DNA of 63,576 nt, counting the filler, from Phoronis australis (taxonomy: Eukaryota; Animalia; Phoronida), in NCBI GenBank assembly GCA_002633005.1. It is 6 parts of 6 records of this genome, joined end to end, with 100 filler letters (N's around TTAATTAATTAA, not from the genome) between each part and the next. Parts side by side here need not be neighbours in the genome. Positions count along the whole stretch, not along the records: positions 1 to 14,467 come from NMRA01001553.1; positions 14,568 to 28,162 come from NMRA01000606.1; 4 more parts are not named here. The stretch is one strand, 5' to 3'. The notes beneath the pieces are model-generated. The model saw only the letters and a list, made by a program, of their open reading frames with translations, ran no database searches and was not told where the DNA came from. The position numbers and the translations under genes are program-made. Each line of letters opens with the position of its first letter. Positions within the stretch are counted from its first letter, which is position 1. This document shows positions 11,271-24,170 of this stretch, in pieces.

Positions 11271-11448
11271 CTCGTGCTTTTTGAGTAGACCAAGACAAGC
11301 CATGAGGTCACTACCTGTCACCAGAGACTTAACCATGCGCTGTTTCTCCACGATCCAGCCTTCCTCTTCTTCACTGTCTTGTACAAACTGGTAAAACTTC
11401 TTAGACTCTTCCAGACGTACGCGCCGGGTTGTGCTCAGAGAGTGAAGA
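11271..11448 (-). CDS. SPTBN5: beta-heavy spectrin exon
   Basis: 178 nt, phase 2 to 0, LHSLSTTRRVRLEESKKFYQFVQDSEEEEGWIVEKQR...LGLLKKHE. Confidence 0.95.
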
Positions 11449-11739
11449 CTGTGTAATAGACGAGCACTCAGGCATATTACATAACTAGCTACCATATTCA
11501 TACAGCTTAACACCCACACTTAAAAACACCCAAATTGGAATTTCCAAAATTTTTGCATTTAAATGCTCTTGCTTGGACATAAGATCACCTAATTTAAACA
11601 GAGATTCAAGTATTTTAAAGTCAAATCATCTGGGCTTTACTACACTCTAAGAACAAGCATCTTTTCATGATCCAGGACGCTTTCACTAACAATCATTCTA
11701 TCGTGCAGGCTTCTGATAAACGCTAAAAATCAACTGAAC

Positions 11740-11948
11740 CTCTCAAATTCCGAGTTAGTACTGTGAAGCCGTCTTTGAAGTATAGCACACTCAGTAGTGT
11801 GGGAGCCCGAGTAACGCCTGGCTTTGCGGTTCAGGGCATCCATCCGCTGGCGCTGGTTCTTGATCTGAGCTTCAATCAGGATGTGTTTTTGAACCAGATC
11901 CTCCGTACCAAGTAGATGTTTGCCATAGTCTTCAGAACGAACAGAACT
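11740..11948 (-). CDS. SPTBN5: beta-heavy spectrin exon
   Basis: 209 nt, phase 0 to 2, SSVRSEDYGKHLLGTEDLVQKHILIEAQIK... Confidence 0.93.
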
Positions 11949-12070
11949 CTGAAAAACAACAGGGCAATCAGAAAACGTTAACATACAAAAATTCCAATCA
12001 GCATCAATTTATAATCTCTTAAATCTCTATTACCTATAGTCTGGTGATCAAAACATCACCAATCACGTAC

Positions 12071-12209
12071 CTCAACCTCCTTTATCTCTGTTTGAATATT
12101 CTCCATCTCTCTCAACATGTCCATCATTTCATTGAACCCCATCACAGTCTGTTCCTTCTTTTCCAACCGTTCCAGCAGATCAGTCCACTTTCTGTTCACT
12201 TGCTGTTGC
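12071..12209 (-). CDS. SPTBN5: beta-heavy spectrin exon
   Basis: 139 nt, phase 2 to 0, QQQVNRKWTDLLERLEKKEQTVMGFNEMMDMLREMENIQTEIKEVE. Confidence 0.92.
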
Positions 12210-12727
12210 CTGGAGTACAACAACAGTGACCTGACACCCCTTCATGATTACAACCATTCATAATGAGCTCAACCACATTGTTCAAGTTCAAACTTTTTGA
12301 GTACCCTACCTTCCTGAAGACCTTTTAGCGGATACAGGTAGATGTGGTTTGGGTAATAACCAAGTATATTTCGCTCCAACTACAAGCTTATGTCTCGGGA
12401 GTCTGCGGAATGCAGCTCTGGAGGTGAGAAGGAAGGATACCCAAAAAATGTCCAGGATGTGTATGTATCAACTTTAATTGTGGATATACATCAAAGTCTG
12501 AATGTGAGTTGAGTATCAGTCTGCTAAAACCATTTACAGTTCAACTAAACATTCTGCACTTCAAAATTCCTTTCCAAACTAGTACCAGCTTCAACAGTCA
12601 GTAAAAAAGTCCTCCCATGGCAAGGAATAATTTGAGTCATTTTGAATTTGGGTCTTCAGACATCTGAACAGAAGGAAACACTCTTTTAACTTGAGTAAGT
12701 TTGCTTGAGCTCTTGGCTTCTTCTGTT

Positions 12728-13037
12728 CACTTACATCTATTTTCCAACAATCACTTGACACTTACATCTATTGTCCAACAATCACTTGACACTTACATCT
12801 ATTGTCCAACAATCACTTGACACTTACATCTATTGTCCAACAATCACTTCACACTAACACCTATTGTATAACAATCAGTTCACACTAAAATCTATCGTCC
12901 AACAATCACTTCGCACTAAAATCTATTGTCCAACAATCACTTCACACTAACATCTATTGTCCAACGATCACTTCACACTTACATCTATTGTCCAACAATC
13001 ACTTGACACTTACATCTATTGTCCAACAATCACTTCA
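12728..13037. repeat. Minisatellite, 31-bp unit CACTTACATCTATTGTCCAACAATCACTTGA, about 10 copies
   Basis: Directly visible. Confidence 0.95.
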
Positions 13038-13052
13038 GTCTATAATACTCAC

Positions 13053-13135
13053 TTGCGCGAGACATCTTCCTTTGCATGATAATTTTGTTCAACCAGTTCT
13101 CTGGCCAACTCAGCTAAAGCTTGAAACCTGTCCTT
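13053..13135 (-). CDS. SPTBN5: beta-heavy spectrin exon
   Basis: 83 nt, phase 0 to 2, KDRFQALAELARELVEQNYHAKEDVSR. Confidence 0.92.
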
Positions 13136-13260
13136 CTGTAAAGTACAAAAATAATATAAAAAAATGATCTTTTGACAGCAAAATGAAGCCTGATTAACAT
13201 AAATCATTTTTTAAAAACTATACAACTACAAAATTAAAACAATTTGTTTGATCTATAACT

Positions 13261-13618
13261 ACACAGCAGCCACCAATATCTATATCAACACAGCAGCCGC
13301 CAATATATATATCGACACAGCAGCCTCCAATATCTGTATCGACACAGCAGCCACCAATATCTGTATGGATACAGTAGCCGCCAATATCTATATCGACACA
13401 GCAGCCTCCAATATCTGTATCGACACAGCAGCCNNNNNNNNNNNNNNNNNNNNNNNNNNNNNNNNNNNACAGCAGCCGCCAATATCTGTATCAACACAGC
13501 AGCCACCAATATCTGTATGGACACAGCAGCCGCCAATATCTGTATCAATACAGCAGCCGCCAATATCTGTATCAACACAGCAGCCACCAATATCTATATC
13601 CACACAGCAGCCACCAAT
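13261..13618. repeat. Minisatellite, 27-bp unit ACACAGCAGCCACCAATATCTGTATCG, with small N gap
   Basis: Directly visible; explains ORFs 13248-13634. Confidence 0.95.
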
Positions 13619-13873
13619 TTTGCTGATAATTTAGGCAATATTTCACCATTCAGATGTTAACTGGTTGTGCTTCACACAATGGGGTGACTCAGCCACAATG
13701 ACCACTAACTACACTGCAGCTCAAAACTGAACCGAAATGTTTCAAATGAAGAGAGTTCAGGCATTGACCCAAATGTTTACCGCAAGTCACATTCCTTGCA
13801 AGGAAAGTTGTCTCAAAGAAACCAAACTGCAAAGTAAACCATGCAGAAATTTGCTATAAATAATAGAACATAC

Positions 13874-14005
13874 CCTGGCTAGTATTTCAGCACTCAATGC
13901 CTCGTGTTTCTTCACAGCTGCCTCTACTTGGGCTGTGTCAGTACTGTACGAGTGGTCAGCCAACACATGGCTCATGTCTGCCAGCCAAGATTCCCTTAGA
14001 GAAGC
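13874..14005 (-). CDS. SPTBN5: beta-heavy spectrin exon (first visible; upstream CH-domain exons not in this block)
   Basis: 132 nt, ASLRESWLADMSHVL...VEAAVKKHEALSAEILAR; KKHEALSAEILAR..RF resembles karst/SPTBN5 more than conventional beta-spectrin; all nine exons splice in frame. Confidence 0.92.
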
Positions 14006-14467
14006 CTGAAATGTAAACATCAATAATAGATATTTAAACAGTGGTGACTTGCATTCATTAGTATTAGAAAGAATACTAGCAATCTCTGAATAAATGTTCA
14101 GAATAGACATAAGTTGGTAATGTTCCGCTAAAACGGGGAAAGATGGACGGAATTTGCGCAACAAGCCCATGCAGTTGTCTACGTTTTATGTTCGTTCGCC
14201 AGTGGGAGGAATTGAGTGAGAGAATGAAGGTATGCCTACATTTAGGCATTTACGGGCACACTGAGTGGTGCTACGGGCGTCTGACTTTTTTGTTTTTGGT
14301 CCACGAACTTTTACGACACCCAGAGATAAGAAACCTTGGGATTGATTTAGGCGCCCGCCCATGATTCTCAGTTTTGAAGACCTCAGATTTCGTTTGGACC
14401 TGTTTCCCGCCAGATGTGCGTTTGAAATTGTGCTGAAGATTTCTCAATTAACTTTCTGTATTTAAGT

Positions 14468-14567
14468 NNNNNNNNNNNNNNNNNNNNNNNNNNNNNNNNN
14501 NNNNNNNNNNNTTAATTAATTAANNNNNNNNNNNNNNNNNNNNNNNNNNNNNNNNNNNNNNNNNNNN
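14468..14567. other. Artificial contig-join spacer (44N-TTAATTAATTAA-44N)
   Basis: Identical 100-bp structure occurs five times; the core has stop codons in all six frames. Confidence 0.97.
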
Positions 14568-16871
14568 AAAATATGAACAGTTAAAACTGGACAGTTTTTA
14601 TACCGTGAAAACATGGCTGCGAAACCGTAAAATGTGTTTGAACCTATAACTTTAGAAAAACACAATATTTTGAGGAAATATTTTACCGCTGTTTATAGAT
14701 CCCATAGGACTACATATGTGCCAAATTTGGTGAAAATCGGCTGACCCCCACCTTGCCGCTCATGGTTGGTGCTCTCGTGGACTAGTACTTAAGTACCCTG
14801 AAAATGATTAAGGCATGACTACAGATCACTGCGGATGACATATTAACTTCGGGGGTCAAACACGTTGAGTAAATCTAAGATAAGTCGGAGCTCGCTTATT
14901 TCGGAGGAAATCTCTCGATCCCGTTGGATCTGACTTAACCGAGGTTTGCTGTACTATAAAATTTTTCCTCTCCAAAAATTTCCTCTTGGATATGATGAAT
15001 GCTTCTGCCGTGTTTGCCCCATAATGCCCCTGAACTTGTCTACTTCTAAGCGTAAATTTACATAAAATTCAAAACGTGAAATATATATGTCATGCCTTTT
15101 AGGCAGGAGACTGGATCATCTACGAGTTCAGCCATCGTTGTGGATAAATACAAGTGAGCGCTTTGTGTCCGTATGAACTTTAGGAATTCCTTTTATTTAC
15201 GATACCACTGAAGTGTCGGTGGGCGTGGCGTTTTTGCGTACGCATGTGTGACGAAACCCGTACATATTTTTCCAGTGAGCTTTGTGTGCAACTTTTTATT
15301 TTTAAAACCAGCCGCTAATGCAAACTTTTGCAAGGCTCGTTCGTTTAGTGTATACTCGGCCTATTAAATCTTGGCTTGTGCAACAGAAATTGCAAGTTTG
15401 TGTCCTTCATCTCGCAATTCAATATGCAGACATCAATGGCGGCCATTCTGCTTGAGTTCGCTTTCAAGGTCGCAAAATTACTTGGCAAACGCCAACGAGA
15501 CCTCGTGACAAGCGGGATCTCGCCAAACTCGCACGATAATTTGTAACCGAATGCACCCTGTCCTCCAGGCGTTAGTGCCGGTCCCAAGCCCGGACAATGG
15601 TGAGGGTTGACCTCCGGAAGATCATGTGTTGTAAAAGTGGTGCCAAGCATCATATGCTTAAGAAGTTGAGAAGGTTGAATGTGGAATAATGTTGGATTCG
15701 TTTGTCACCTGTGCATAAAAACTGTCATTTTTGGCTAAATCTCTGCATATGGGTTTGATAATTTGCATTTATGATTTCGAGGTATTGATGATTCAGTATA
15801 GGCCTAAACACATTTGTCACTTATCTTCAGTTACTAATGTTTGTACAATGACCTGTTTTCAACTTCAAAGTTTGGGGGCAATTTTTGAACACCTGAAGTA
15901 CATATTATGTGCCTTTTCCTTAAGTGCGTGTATTTATTATGTTTTAGGAATAGCTTGATACATTCTTAACACAAAATATTCTGTATTAGTGGTCGTGGAA
16001 AGCAGCAATGCCTGCAAACGTATTTCTACCATCTGAATTGACGTCATTAGTTGAAGTCGTTTTCGTCTGCAGTGTTTCTCTGACGTGTTGTACTTTGCTG
16101 TTGTCTACAGTACTTTATTCAAATATATCTGTTTGGTGAAATGACAATTGTATTGTATATGAATATGTCAATCTCAATATAGTGTGGAAAATATATTGTA
16201 AACATTTTAAGCCTTCTCCGCACGCCGTGATCCTCTGAACAACCCGACCAGCAGACACTAAACCAGCGTTATTAAAAGTTCTTAGGTCCGGTAACCCTAA
16301 ACTAAACGGGCTGAAAATACACCATTCATGGGGACCTCACCTAACTCCAGTCCGGGTGAGGAGTTTGGTCCCGGGACAGGCACTTTAATACATTTGCTTA
16401 AGTTCTTGTAGAGCGTTTGGGAGATACAGCCATGAGCGCGAAAAATGCCACAGTATTCGAAGTCGTCGGAAAATTATCGTCAGCCGTCATCTTCACTGAA
16501 GGAGCATATATTCCACTTTTGGTTGACAGAGGACGAACGCCTAAAAAAACAGACTAGAAAACCGCAAAATTGGTGGCTCAAAATACCCCGAATCCATCCA
16601 AAAATGGGAGGATAACGTCATCTCAATAGATGCCTAACTGCCAAATTTTATCAAAAAATCTGTGAAGGACCTTCGCAAATACAGAGGAGAACGCCGCAAA
16701 AAACTAGAACTGCCACAAGGGGGCACACCTGCAGTCCGATAGGCCAGAAATCCGTCAGCTTCATAGGAACACATCTTCCAAATCTCATCAAGATCCTGTG
16801 AGGGTTTAGTAGATACACCTGTGGACACTGGACGCCCAGAGATGACGGCAATATGCGACCACATATATTAN

Positions 16872-17472
16872 AGGGTTAAACCAACATACGGATGGTGCGT
16901 GGACAGTCGAGGAAAGAAAGACTGCTCAATGCGGATGAGAGAAAAATCAAGAAAACATTTAACAACCCTGTATCAGTGCATGGTTTACCTTTTGAGGACC
17001 CTGGCCAGGACATTGTTGCTGGGGATCTCCACTTTCGCAACACAGGTCGTCTAAATGCACTTGAAAACGTGCACGTAATGATTTATGGATGTATTTCGAA
17101 AAATCGAAAAAATTGTAACGGGAAGCTTTTGCGGAGCTTATTAATTTACTGCATTTAAAAATTCAGTAAATCAACCGCATTTCTCCAGAGGCCCCTATCT
17201 GGCAAGGGATAACTGAGACAGCTGTCGCTTTCGTCTCGAATTGTACATCACTTGACAAAAACTAACAGATGCTGCACATTTCATGATTTTTTAAAATATA
17301 CATATTTTCATATTGAGAGGCCCTACCCTTGAAGGAGGCCAATGATGACATTCAAGTGGCCACCTTTTTATGTTTTTATTGACAAATTCTTAAGAGTCCA
17401 CTCACCTAGAGAAGACCCAAAGTTGGACTCGATTACGTCTAGTTTCCTGTTTTTCGTGAACTCGTGCAACCG
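16872..17472 (+). repeat. Dispersed repeat (probable non-autonomous DNA transposon end), copy 1
   Basis: Colinear with 62547-63128 (e.g. TCAGTGCATGGTTTACCTTT.GAGGACCCTGGCCAGGACATTGT; TGACATTCAAGTGGCCACCTT; both end CGTGCAACCG). Confidence 0.8.
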
Positions 17473-18230
17473 GCTTTCATGTTGAGGTAGGTCACCTCCT
17501 GCACCGTCTTGTGACTACACGACGGTGGAATGAACTGTCACTCTTTTCCAAGCTTAATGATATTTAGCCTTTCATAATTAAGGTGTCCCATTTCAGACGG
17601 TACCCTCTCTCGATGGAGCAGTTCGGGGAAATGTCCCTTTGTCCCTCTATACATGCAAATCCGACATTGCCAAGTATTCACGAAGGAAGTTGAGATTCCA
17701 AATTCAAAAAATACACACACATTCGTGCACAGCACAGTAGTATCAAGATATTCGACTCAAACAACCAAAAATGTGAAAAAATATAATTATAGGATTGGCC
17801 GTCATCGAAAGGGTGGAATTTTGAAGAACGTGAAGACCGCTATTTGTTAATTACACAAAAGGACTATTTCTGATGGTTAGTTATAGAATAATGTTACTGT
17901 TTCCCATAGTATCTCTTTTACCAATGGTTATTATGAGTTGTTTGTAAGGAATTCCCACATGTTGAAAACACTGCTGTCGAGACTACCACTGGGGTGATTG
18001 CGTACATGTCGAACGAGTGCACTCAAATACTGACAATAATAAATAAATAAAGAAATACGTGAGCTTTTTTGTGGTCAAGTTCAACTCATGAACCGTTATA
18101 GGTACCTCGGAAATGAGCAAAAATGCACCTAATTGTGAATGCCCTATCTCCCATTTTCCCAGGAAACCCGTCAAAAATATGCGAGTAAGCCAGCCGAAAA
18201 TGCTTATAACATTCCGTTTTCATCAACAAA

Positions 18231-18845
18231 TTCGTTGGTTTCTGACTTACATGTTTATGTATCTACGAAAACTGACAGGTTAATAGTTGATTTTTGGCAG
18301 TTACAAGCTAATCTCTTAAGAAATGATGACGATTTAGGGAATTAACTCAGTGAAGCCTGAATACGGAAAAAAATGTATAATCCAATCCCCAAATAGGAAA
18401 GTGTCCTTGGACGCTTTTTGCCTATCTAAAATAATTCTCAATGCATTGATGAAATTTGAACACTTCCCAAAAATTTACTCACAGGTCAAATGACAATAAA
18501 TGCATTGCTTTTTGAATTCGGTGCAAGATTTGCTGTTTAACTCACTAACGGGATCAAAAATGATATAAGTCATTAAATTAAGGTAAACCCATTGCTGAAG
18601 GATTTGATTGTTGGTTTCTGATTTACATGTTTATGTATCTATGAAAATGGACTGATTGAGAGGTGATTTTTTGACAATTAGAAACCAATCTTGTAAGAAA
18701 TGACAATGCTTCAATGAACATCGTTGCTGGCCGAAATTGGGAAAATTCGATCTATCATCAGATCCCCAAATATAAAAGTACACTAAACTATTTTTGTCTA
18801 TCTGAAATAAGTCTCAAGGAAATTGATGAATTTCGAACACATCTA
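18231..18845 (+). repeat. Diverged tandem duplication, about 377-bp period
   Basis: GTTGGTTTCTGA.TTACATGTTTATGTATCTA.GAAAA..G at about 18234 and 18610; shared ATCCCCAAATA and TTGATGAA.TT.GAACAC downstream. Confidence 0.75.
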
Positions 18846-20247
18846 CAAAGTGTCCCACAACAAGAAATGTGTCGTACAACATATTGAGTCCCTCCTGGAA
18901 TGCTTGCGCGCAGCTGAGGAGTGTGGTGCCTTCATGGAAGGGGGCGCTTCTGCATCAGCGACCATTGCATGTGCACCTGCGGAGAGAAATGTGGTTAGCA
19001 GACGTATCGAAGAAATGACTGAAACTGTGCGTCAGCTGCAGTCACTTGAGCAGAATATGGCAGTGAGTATTGAGGTGAGGNNNNNNNNNNNNNNNNNNNN
19101 NNNNNNNNNNNNNNNNNNNNNNNNNNNNNNNNNNNNNNNNNNNNNNNNNNNNNNNNNNNNNNNNNNNNNNNNNNNNNNNNNNNNNNNNNNNNNNNNNNNN
19201 NNNNNNNNNNNNNNNNNNNNNNNNNNNNNNNNNNNNNNNNNNNNNNNNNNNNNNNNNNNNNNNNNNNNNNNNNNNNNNNNNNNNNNNNNNNNNNNNNNNN
19301 NNNNNNNNNNNNNNNNNNNNNNNNNNNNNNNNNNNNNNNNNNNNNNNNNNNNNNNNNNNNNNNNNNNNNNNNNNNNNNNNNNNNNNNNNNNNNNNNNNNN
19401 NNNNNNNNNNNNNNNNNNNNNNNNNNNNNNNNNNNNNNNNNNNNNNNNNNNNNNNNNNNNNNNNNNNNNNNNNNNNNNNNNNNNNNNNNNNNNNNNNNNN
19501 NNNNNNNNNNNNNNNNNNNNNNNNNNNNNNNNNNNNNNNNNNNNNNNNNNNNNNNNNNNNNNNNNNNNNNNNNNNNNNNNNNNNNNNNNNNNNNNNNNNN
19601 NNNNNNNNNNNNNNNNNNNNNNNNNNNNNNNNNNNNNNNNNNNNNNNNNNNNNNTGCATTAGTAAAATCAACAAGTTTTTAAGTGGTCTCAAAAAAACAG
19701 TCGGTAAATGCATTAATTTTAGTCTCAGTTCTTCCACGCGTGTTTCTCCCGAGAGGTTAGTACCTAACGTGCAGACGAGCGTTCCAAATTGGAACGCTAA
19801 GTCCCGCGTGGCAGCGCTGCACGCGAAACAAGATGGCGGACGACCTTTGGAGACTGACGACGAGAGGTAATCGGACTATACTTACTGTCATCTAAATGGC
19901 TTGTGAAAAGTGCAGTATTAGAAGGTACAAACAACCGAGGCTGATCATGTGTCCTTGAGTTGTGGTAAATACAGTAAATGTCGGAATGAATTAGAGTAAC
20001 TATTCATTAACAGAATGGTGTAATTTTGGTGAAATATTGACCATCTTGTAGAAACAGTTGTAGGTAAAATGCAACTGTTCTGCAGAATAAAGACTCCAGA
20101 CATTGTGCAGAAGGTAAAACCATCGTAATTTATGGGTTGTGGGGCTTTGTTAACATTGTCTCCATTGCATAAGAATTCACATACATGTTGAATATTTTGT
20201 CATTTTGTTTTTATGACTACATGTTGACTCCTGTCTCCCGTTGTCAG

Positions 20248-20991
20248 GCTTCATCTAAGGGCGCATCATCCAAGGGTCTGCGTAGTGGTTTGTCTGGTCT
20301 GTCAGGATCAGATCCAAAGTACCATGTGTTGGAAACAAAGATATCCTCCTTGGATGGTAAGTATGGGATGATGGGTATGATTTGGGAATGTTGCTCTGCA
20401 TGTGTAACTTGTAATGTATAGTATGTTCTGGTGGGCCATAGTGAGGATTATCATTAATATCTCCTGAAAAATATTCGTATTTGGCTTTATTTATTTGAAG
20501 AAACGGGACACTTCTGTCCCAGGCTGTTTTCTTAAATTCTGTCTGTTTGTCTAGAGACTGGGCTCTAGAACATCTACAGCTGTAGCAAAATCTGCCTAAA
20601 TTTGATCATGTGGGTAGTACTAATTTTTAGAGGTAGTGCCAATCGGAGAAAAGAGGCATCAGTGGTGCAATGGAAATTGAGAAGAGTTCTGGTTGAAGGA
20701 GACTGGGTGTTTAGTTGACCTAACATTATTTGGTAATTTATTTATTGAGGTTGTTGCGTGGCTCTAACCCGTCACTTTACTTTTATTATTCTCTCGACTT
20801 CCTTCCAGCCATCATGTCGGCAATGCACCAGGACTTAGACCACATTGATCGTGTGGACGGTGGCCGCACACGAGGATCAGCGGCGAAAGGAACGCGATGA
20901 TCTGGCGAAGATGCAGTCAACCATTGTTAAGATGGAGCGGGAGTTGGCACTGAAGGACATCGCCTTGGCTGAACAGAACCTTAGACTATAG
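20248..20991 (+). pseudogene. TRAF1/2-like coiled-coil (TRAF-N) gene fragment, two exons (20248-20356, 20809-20991), frameshift and stop
   Basis: Spliced frame LETKISSLDAIMSAMHQDLD/(+1 shift)TVAAHEDQRRKERDDLAKMQSTIVKMERELALKDIALAEQNLRL* parallels the TRAF2 LEKKTATFENIV...LERSIGLKDLAMADL segment; canonical AG and GTAAGT sites; TAG at 20989-20991. Confidence 0.65.
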
Positions 20992-21479
20992 GCACGTGAC
21001 TAGGGTATTGAGTACTTGGCTCTACTTCAGGGATCTTCCTCACTTATTGTACGGGCATTCTCACTTACAGCGTTATTTCCCACGAACATATTTGTTAGCT
21101 ATCAATTTGTATTCCTATCTTGTGAACCAGAGTTGTTTTCATACGAACATTACTTTTCTTATGAATCCTTTCTATGCTGTATGTTCTCACTCCTCCTGAC
21201 GTGACCGTCAGCACTTTGTGGTTCATGAGTAAGGAAACTGATGTCTTCATGAGATGAAAATCATTTGACAGAAGAAGTACTGCTCATGAAAAAATATGTG
21301 TTATGAAGAGAACGCTGTTAGCAAGCTAGTGAGAAATCCGTGTGGGCTGTGAGGGATTCAATGTATTCTGAGTCTGATGGCGCGTACTGTAAAGTTTAAT
21401 GAGATGTGAATCAAGAGTATGTGAAACAACTGATCTGTCCATGTATATGAGTGGACAGAGTGTGGGTGGCTAGTTTGCT

Positions 21480-22630
21480 CCAAATTACAGTAAGGACCCT
21501 TTTCAGTTCTGCCCGTTTTCCAACAAAGTTGGTTCCTTGGTCACATAGCAGTCTAGTGATAGCTCCTCCAATGGCAAGAAATCGACGTAGAGCACAAATG
21601 AAGGCATCAGTATCCATCGATTCCAGCAACTCATTATGAATGGCCAACGGTACAGGCAGGTAAAAACCAGACCCCATCTCTTAGAATCTGTGGAACCACC
21701 TCTAGTTCTTCTGGTAAGAATTGACCAAGGTCCAAAAACGTCACAACCAACATTAGTGAAGGGGTCGTAGGCTCGGTCCTATCCTCTGGTAGACCAGACA
21801 TCTTGGGATGACAAGGCACTGCACTAAGCTTCCTACAAACCACACAGCTCTGAAGGAGAGAAGAAATCAACCGACGGGCACCAACAATCCAATATCCAGC
21901 TTGTCTGATAGCCCCATGGGTAATCTGACGACCTTGGTGGTGAACCTTGTGGTAATGACGGATGATCAGCTTCGACACATGACTATCGTTGGGCAACAAA
22001 TGGGGTGCTTCTCAGTGTACAGCAAACTTGCCCTTCTTAGCCAGCCACCCACTTTCATGATTCCTACATGGTCAGTGAACGGGTCCAAGTCAGCTATCCT
22101 GTGTTTCTCTGAAGAATTAGCGCTTCCCAAGGCGGAAATCAACTTTCCCAAAGCCTTGTCTATGCACAGCCTTGATGATGACCACCTCCGCTGAGTTAAT
22201 GAGGTCTTGTCTGCAAGGAGAACCCTCTCGCCCACCGGGATCTAAATTCCTACTGTAACGCCTCCTGGCTATCCCAATCAGACGAGCAATACCTCTGGTA
22301 AAGTGGGCCCAACCTGAAAAGCGCTAAAATCTTTCTGTACTGAGGAATGCGTCAGCAGTCTTGATTCTCTCGTGCCCGTGTTGAGAAGAGAACTCTTCAT
22401 TAGCAAGTCCAAGGACGATAGGCGTAGTGATTACAGCATCCGTCGTACGTCCCTCTGCGAAAGAGGATAGTACAGACACATCTCGACGAACTTCCGGATC
22501 GCCTTCCTCCACTGGGAATCTACTGCCTACGTCGACCTTCCAGACACTGGACCTTGTCAAGAAGGTAGGACTGAACTTCTAAGACTGGAGGCTTCGATGC
22601 CACAGGTGCCAAGATCTGCTGGGTTGATAC
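21480..22630 (-). mobile_element. Decayed BEL/Pao LTR retrotransposon pol fragment (RNase H end to integrase)
   Basis: NPADLG, LDPF...VGGWL...EKHP, HYHKVHHQGRQITHGAIRQAGYWIVG...CVVCRKL (HHCC), LPEDR, ELLESMDTDAFICALRRFLA...CDQGTNFVG; several frameshifts. Confidence 0.9.
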
Positions 22631-22639
22631 ATTAATCCT

Positions 22640-24170
22640 CATCAAAAATCCAGCCTAAATTTGTGCGAATGTCCAAGCCATGGCTGCGTAGGCTGTTGAG
22701 TAGCATGTTCCACAATAACTTCACTTTTTGTTGGGTTGTAAAATCGAACATCACACAGCGCATTTCCATGTTGACTATTAAGTCAACTTCGAACAGTCAG
22801 TGACTAAAATGCACAACAAAAGTTATATGTCAAACTGGATTTGTGATGCCAAATTGAAATCAACGAGCATGCTGTTAGATCATGAACTTCACCTTCTATA
22901 CCAGTGACTTTGGCAGCCCACTTTCTTCCCACATCAGCTATGGTTTTCTAGTGCTGTTGGCTGTTTATCATGTCAGTCCATGCTAACTTGCTGCTTTAGT
23001 TCGTTTCGAGAGGCAAAAGCGTTGTTTCAGCCATTTTTTGGACACTGGAATATCTTCATCTTTCGATTGCTGAAACTAGTGAAAGGTCTCAATGAGGATG
23101 CAACATGACATTCCTCAACCACTAGTTCCTGTAGGCGGATTTGGGGGGGGGGGGGGGGNNNNNNNNNNNNNNNNNNNNNNNNNNNNNNNNNNNNNNNNNN
23201 NNNNNNNNNNNNNNNNNNNNNNNNNNNNNNNNNNNNNNNNNNNNNNNNNNNNNNNNNNNNNNNNNNNNNNNNNNNNNNNNNNNNNNNNNNNNNNNNNNNN
23301 NNNNNNNNNNNNNNNNNNNNNNNNNNNNNNNNNGGGGGGGGCAGGGGGCCCGCAAGCAAAAATGGAACAGCAAGAGCGTGAAGCGCTAGGAAATATTGAA
23401 TAAGCAACTAGGACGCGGAGAAGAGGGCGCCCCAGATCGCGGTGGTCCCGTTTTTTTAGTCCACCGGCAGATTTTCCGAACAGATTGTTCACATACCCGG
23501 CTCCTGCAACTTTGGGCCTGCTGCTCATACACGTGCACTTTTTTCGGATCCCCGAGACAACACGTCGCCCCACCTCCCTTATCGTATCTTAGATCCGCCA
23601 CTGATACCACTGGTTTGCAATCAGAAGCAGGATTCTCCAAAACCACCCCATCTCCGAACCCATATGCTTTCCAAGCAACCACTTTTCTTGTTGAAATAGG
23701 TAACTTAGTTGTAAGCATTAGAACACAAGTCCTTTTTAAAAATCAAGCTATGAAAGAAAATTCCATTCCATCAAATATTTAACTTTTGTTTCAAACCACG
23801 TACACAGCTGAAACTAGTTCTTAGATGGTATAGAATCACAGCGAGATTTCTGAGAAAAATAGTCTATGTAATTGTATACAGCCCATACTATGAATTGTTA
23901 CGTAGCTCACCTTCAAATGAGAAGTTATTAAGTTGACGTAGTCGTGGGATTTAGTAGTGAACACCCTTTGCATTCCTGAGGCTGCAAACGTACACCTTGG
24001 CTTACAACCTAGATACTGCCACATACGGTGCTTTGGACAGATAATCTTTTGTTCTAACAGGCTGGCCAGTTCCTTTGTCTCGCACACTCCCTTTCGTGCC
24101 AGATTGCCAATCAACTCCCATTCTTCTAAGTGCGTTGACACTTTTCAGGTATTTGACAATATTTTTTGAG
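22640..24170 (-). mobile_element. Decayed, unclassified transposon-like coding remnant interrupted by a MITE and an N gap
   Basis: Broken frames with ICPKHR...C and VAWKAYGFGDG motifs reminiscent of invertebrate TE-encoded proteins; no intact ORF. Confidence 0.35.

Noticed and set aside
14568-14786. Possible Academ- or Helitron-like terminus ending CTCGTGGACTAGT
   Set aside because: Partner end is lost at the spacer; cannot be classified.
18845-19080. Coding-like stretch (IESLLECLRAAEE...EEMTETVRQLQSLEQ) before a large N gap
   Set aside because: Too short and truncated to assign; probably a TE ORF start.
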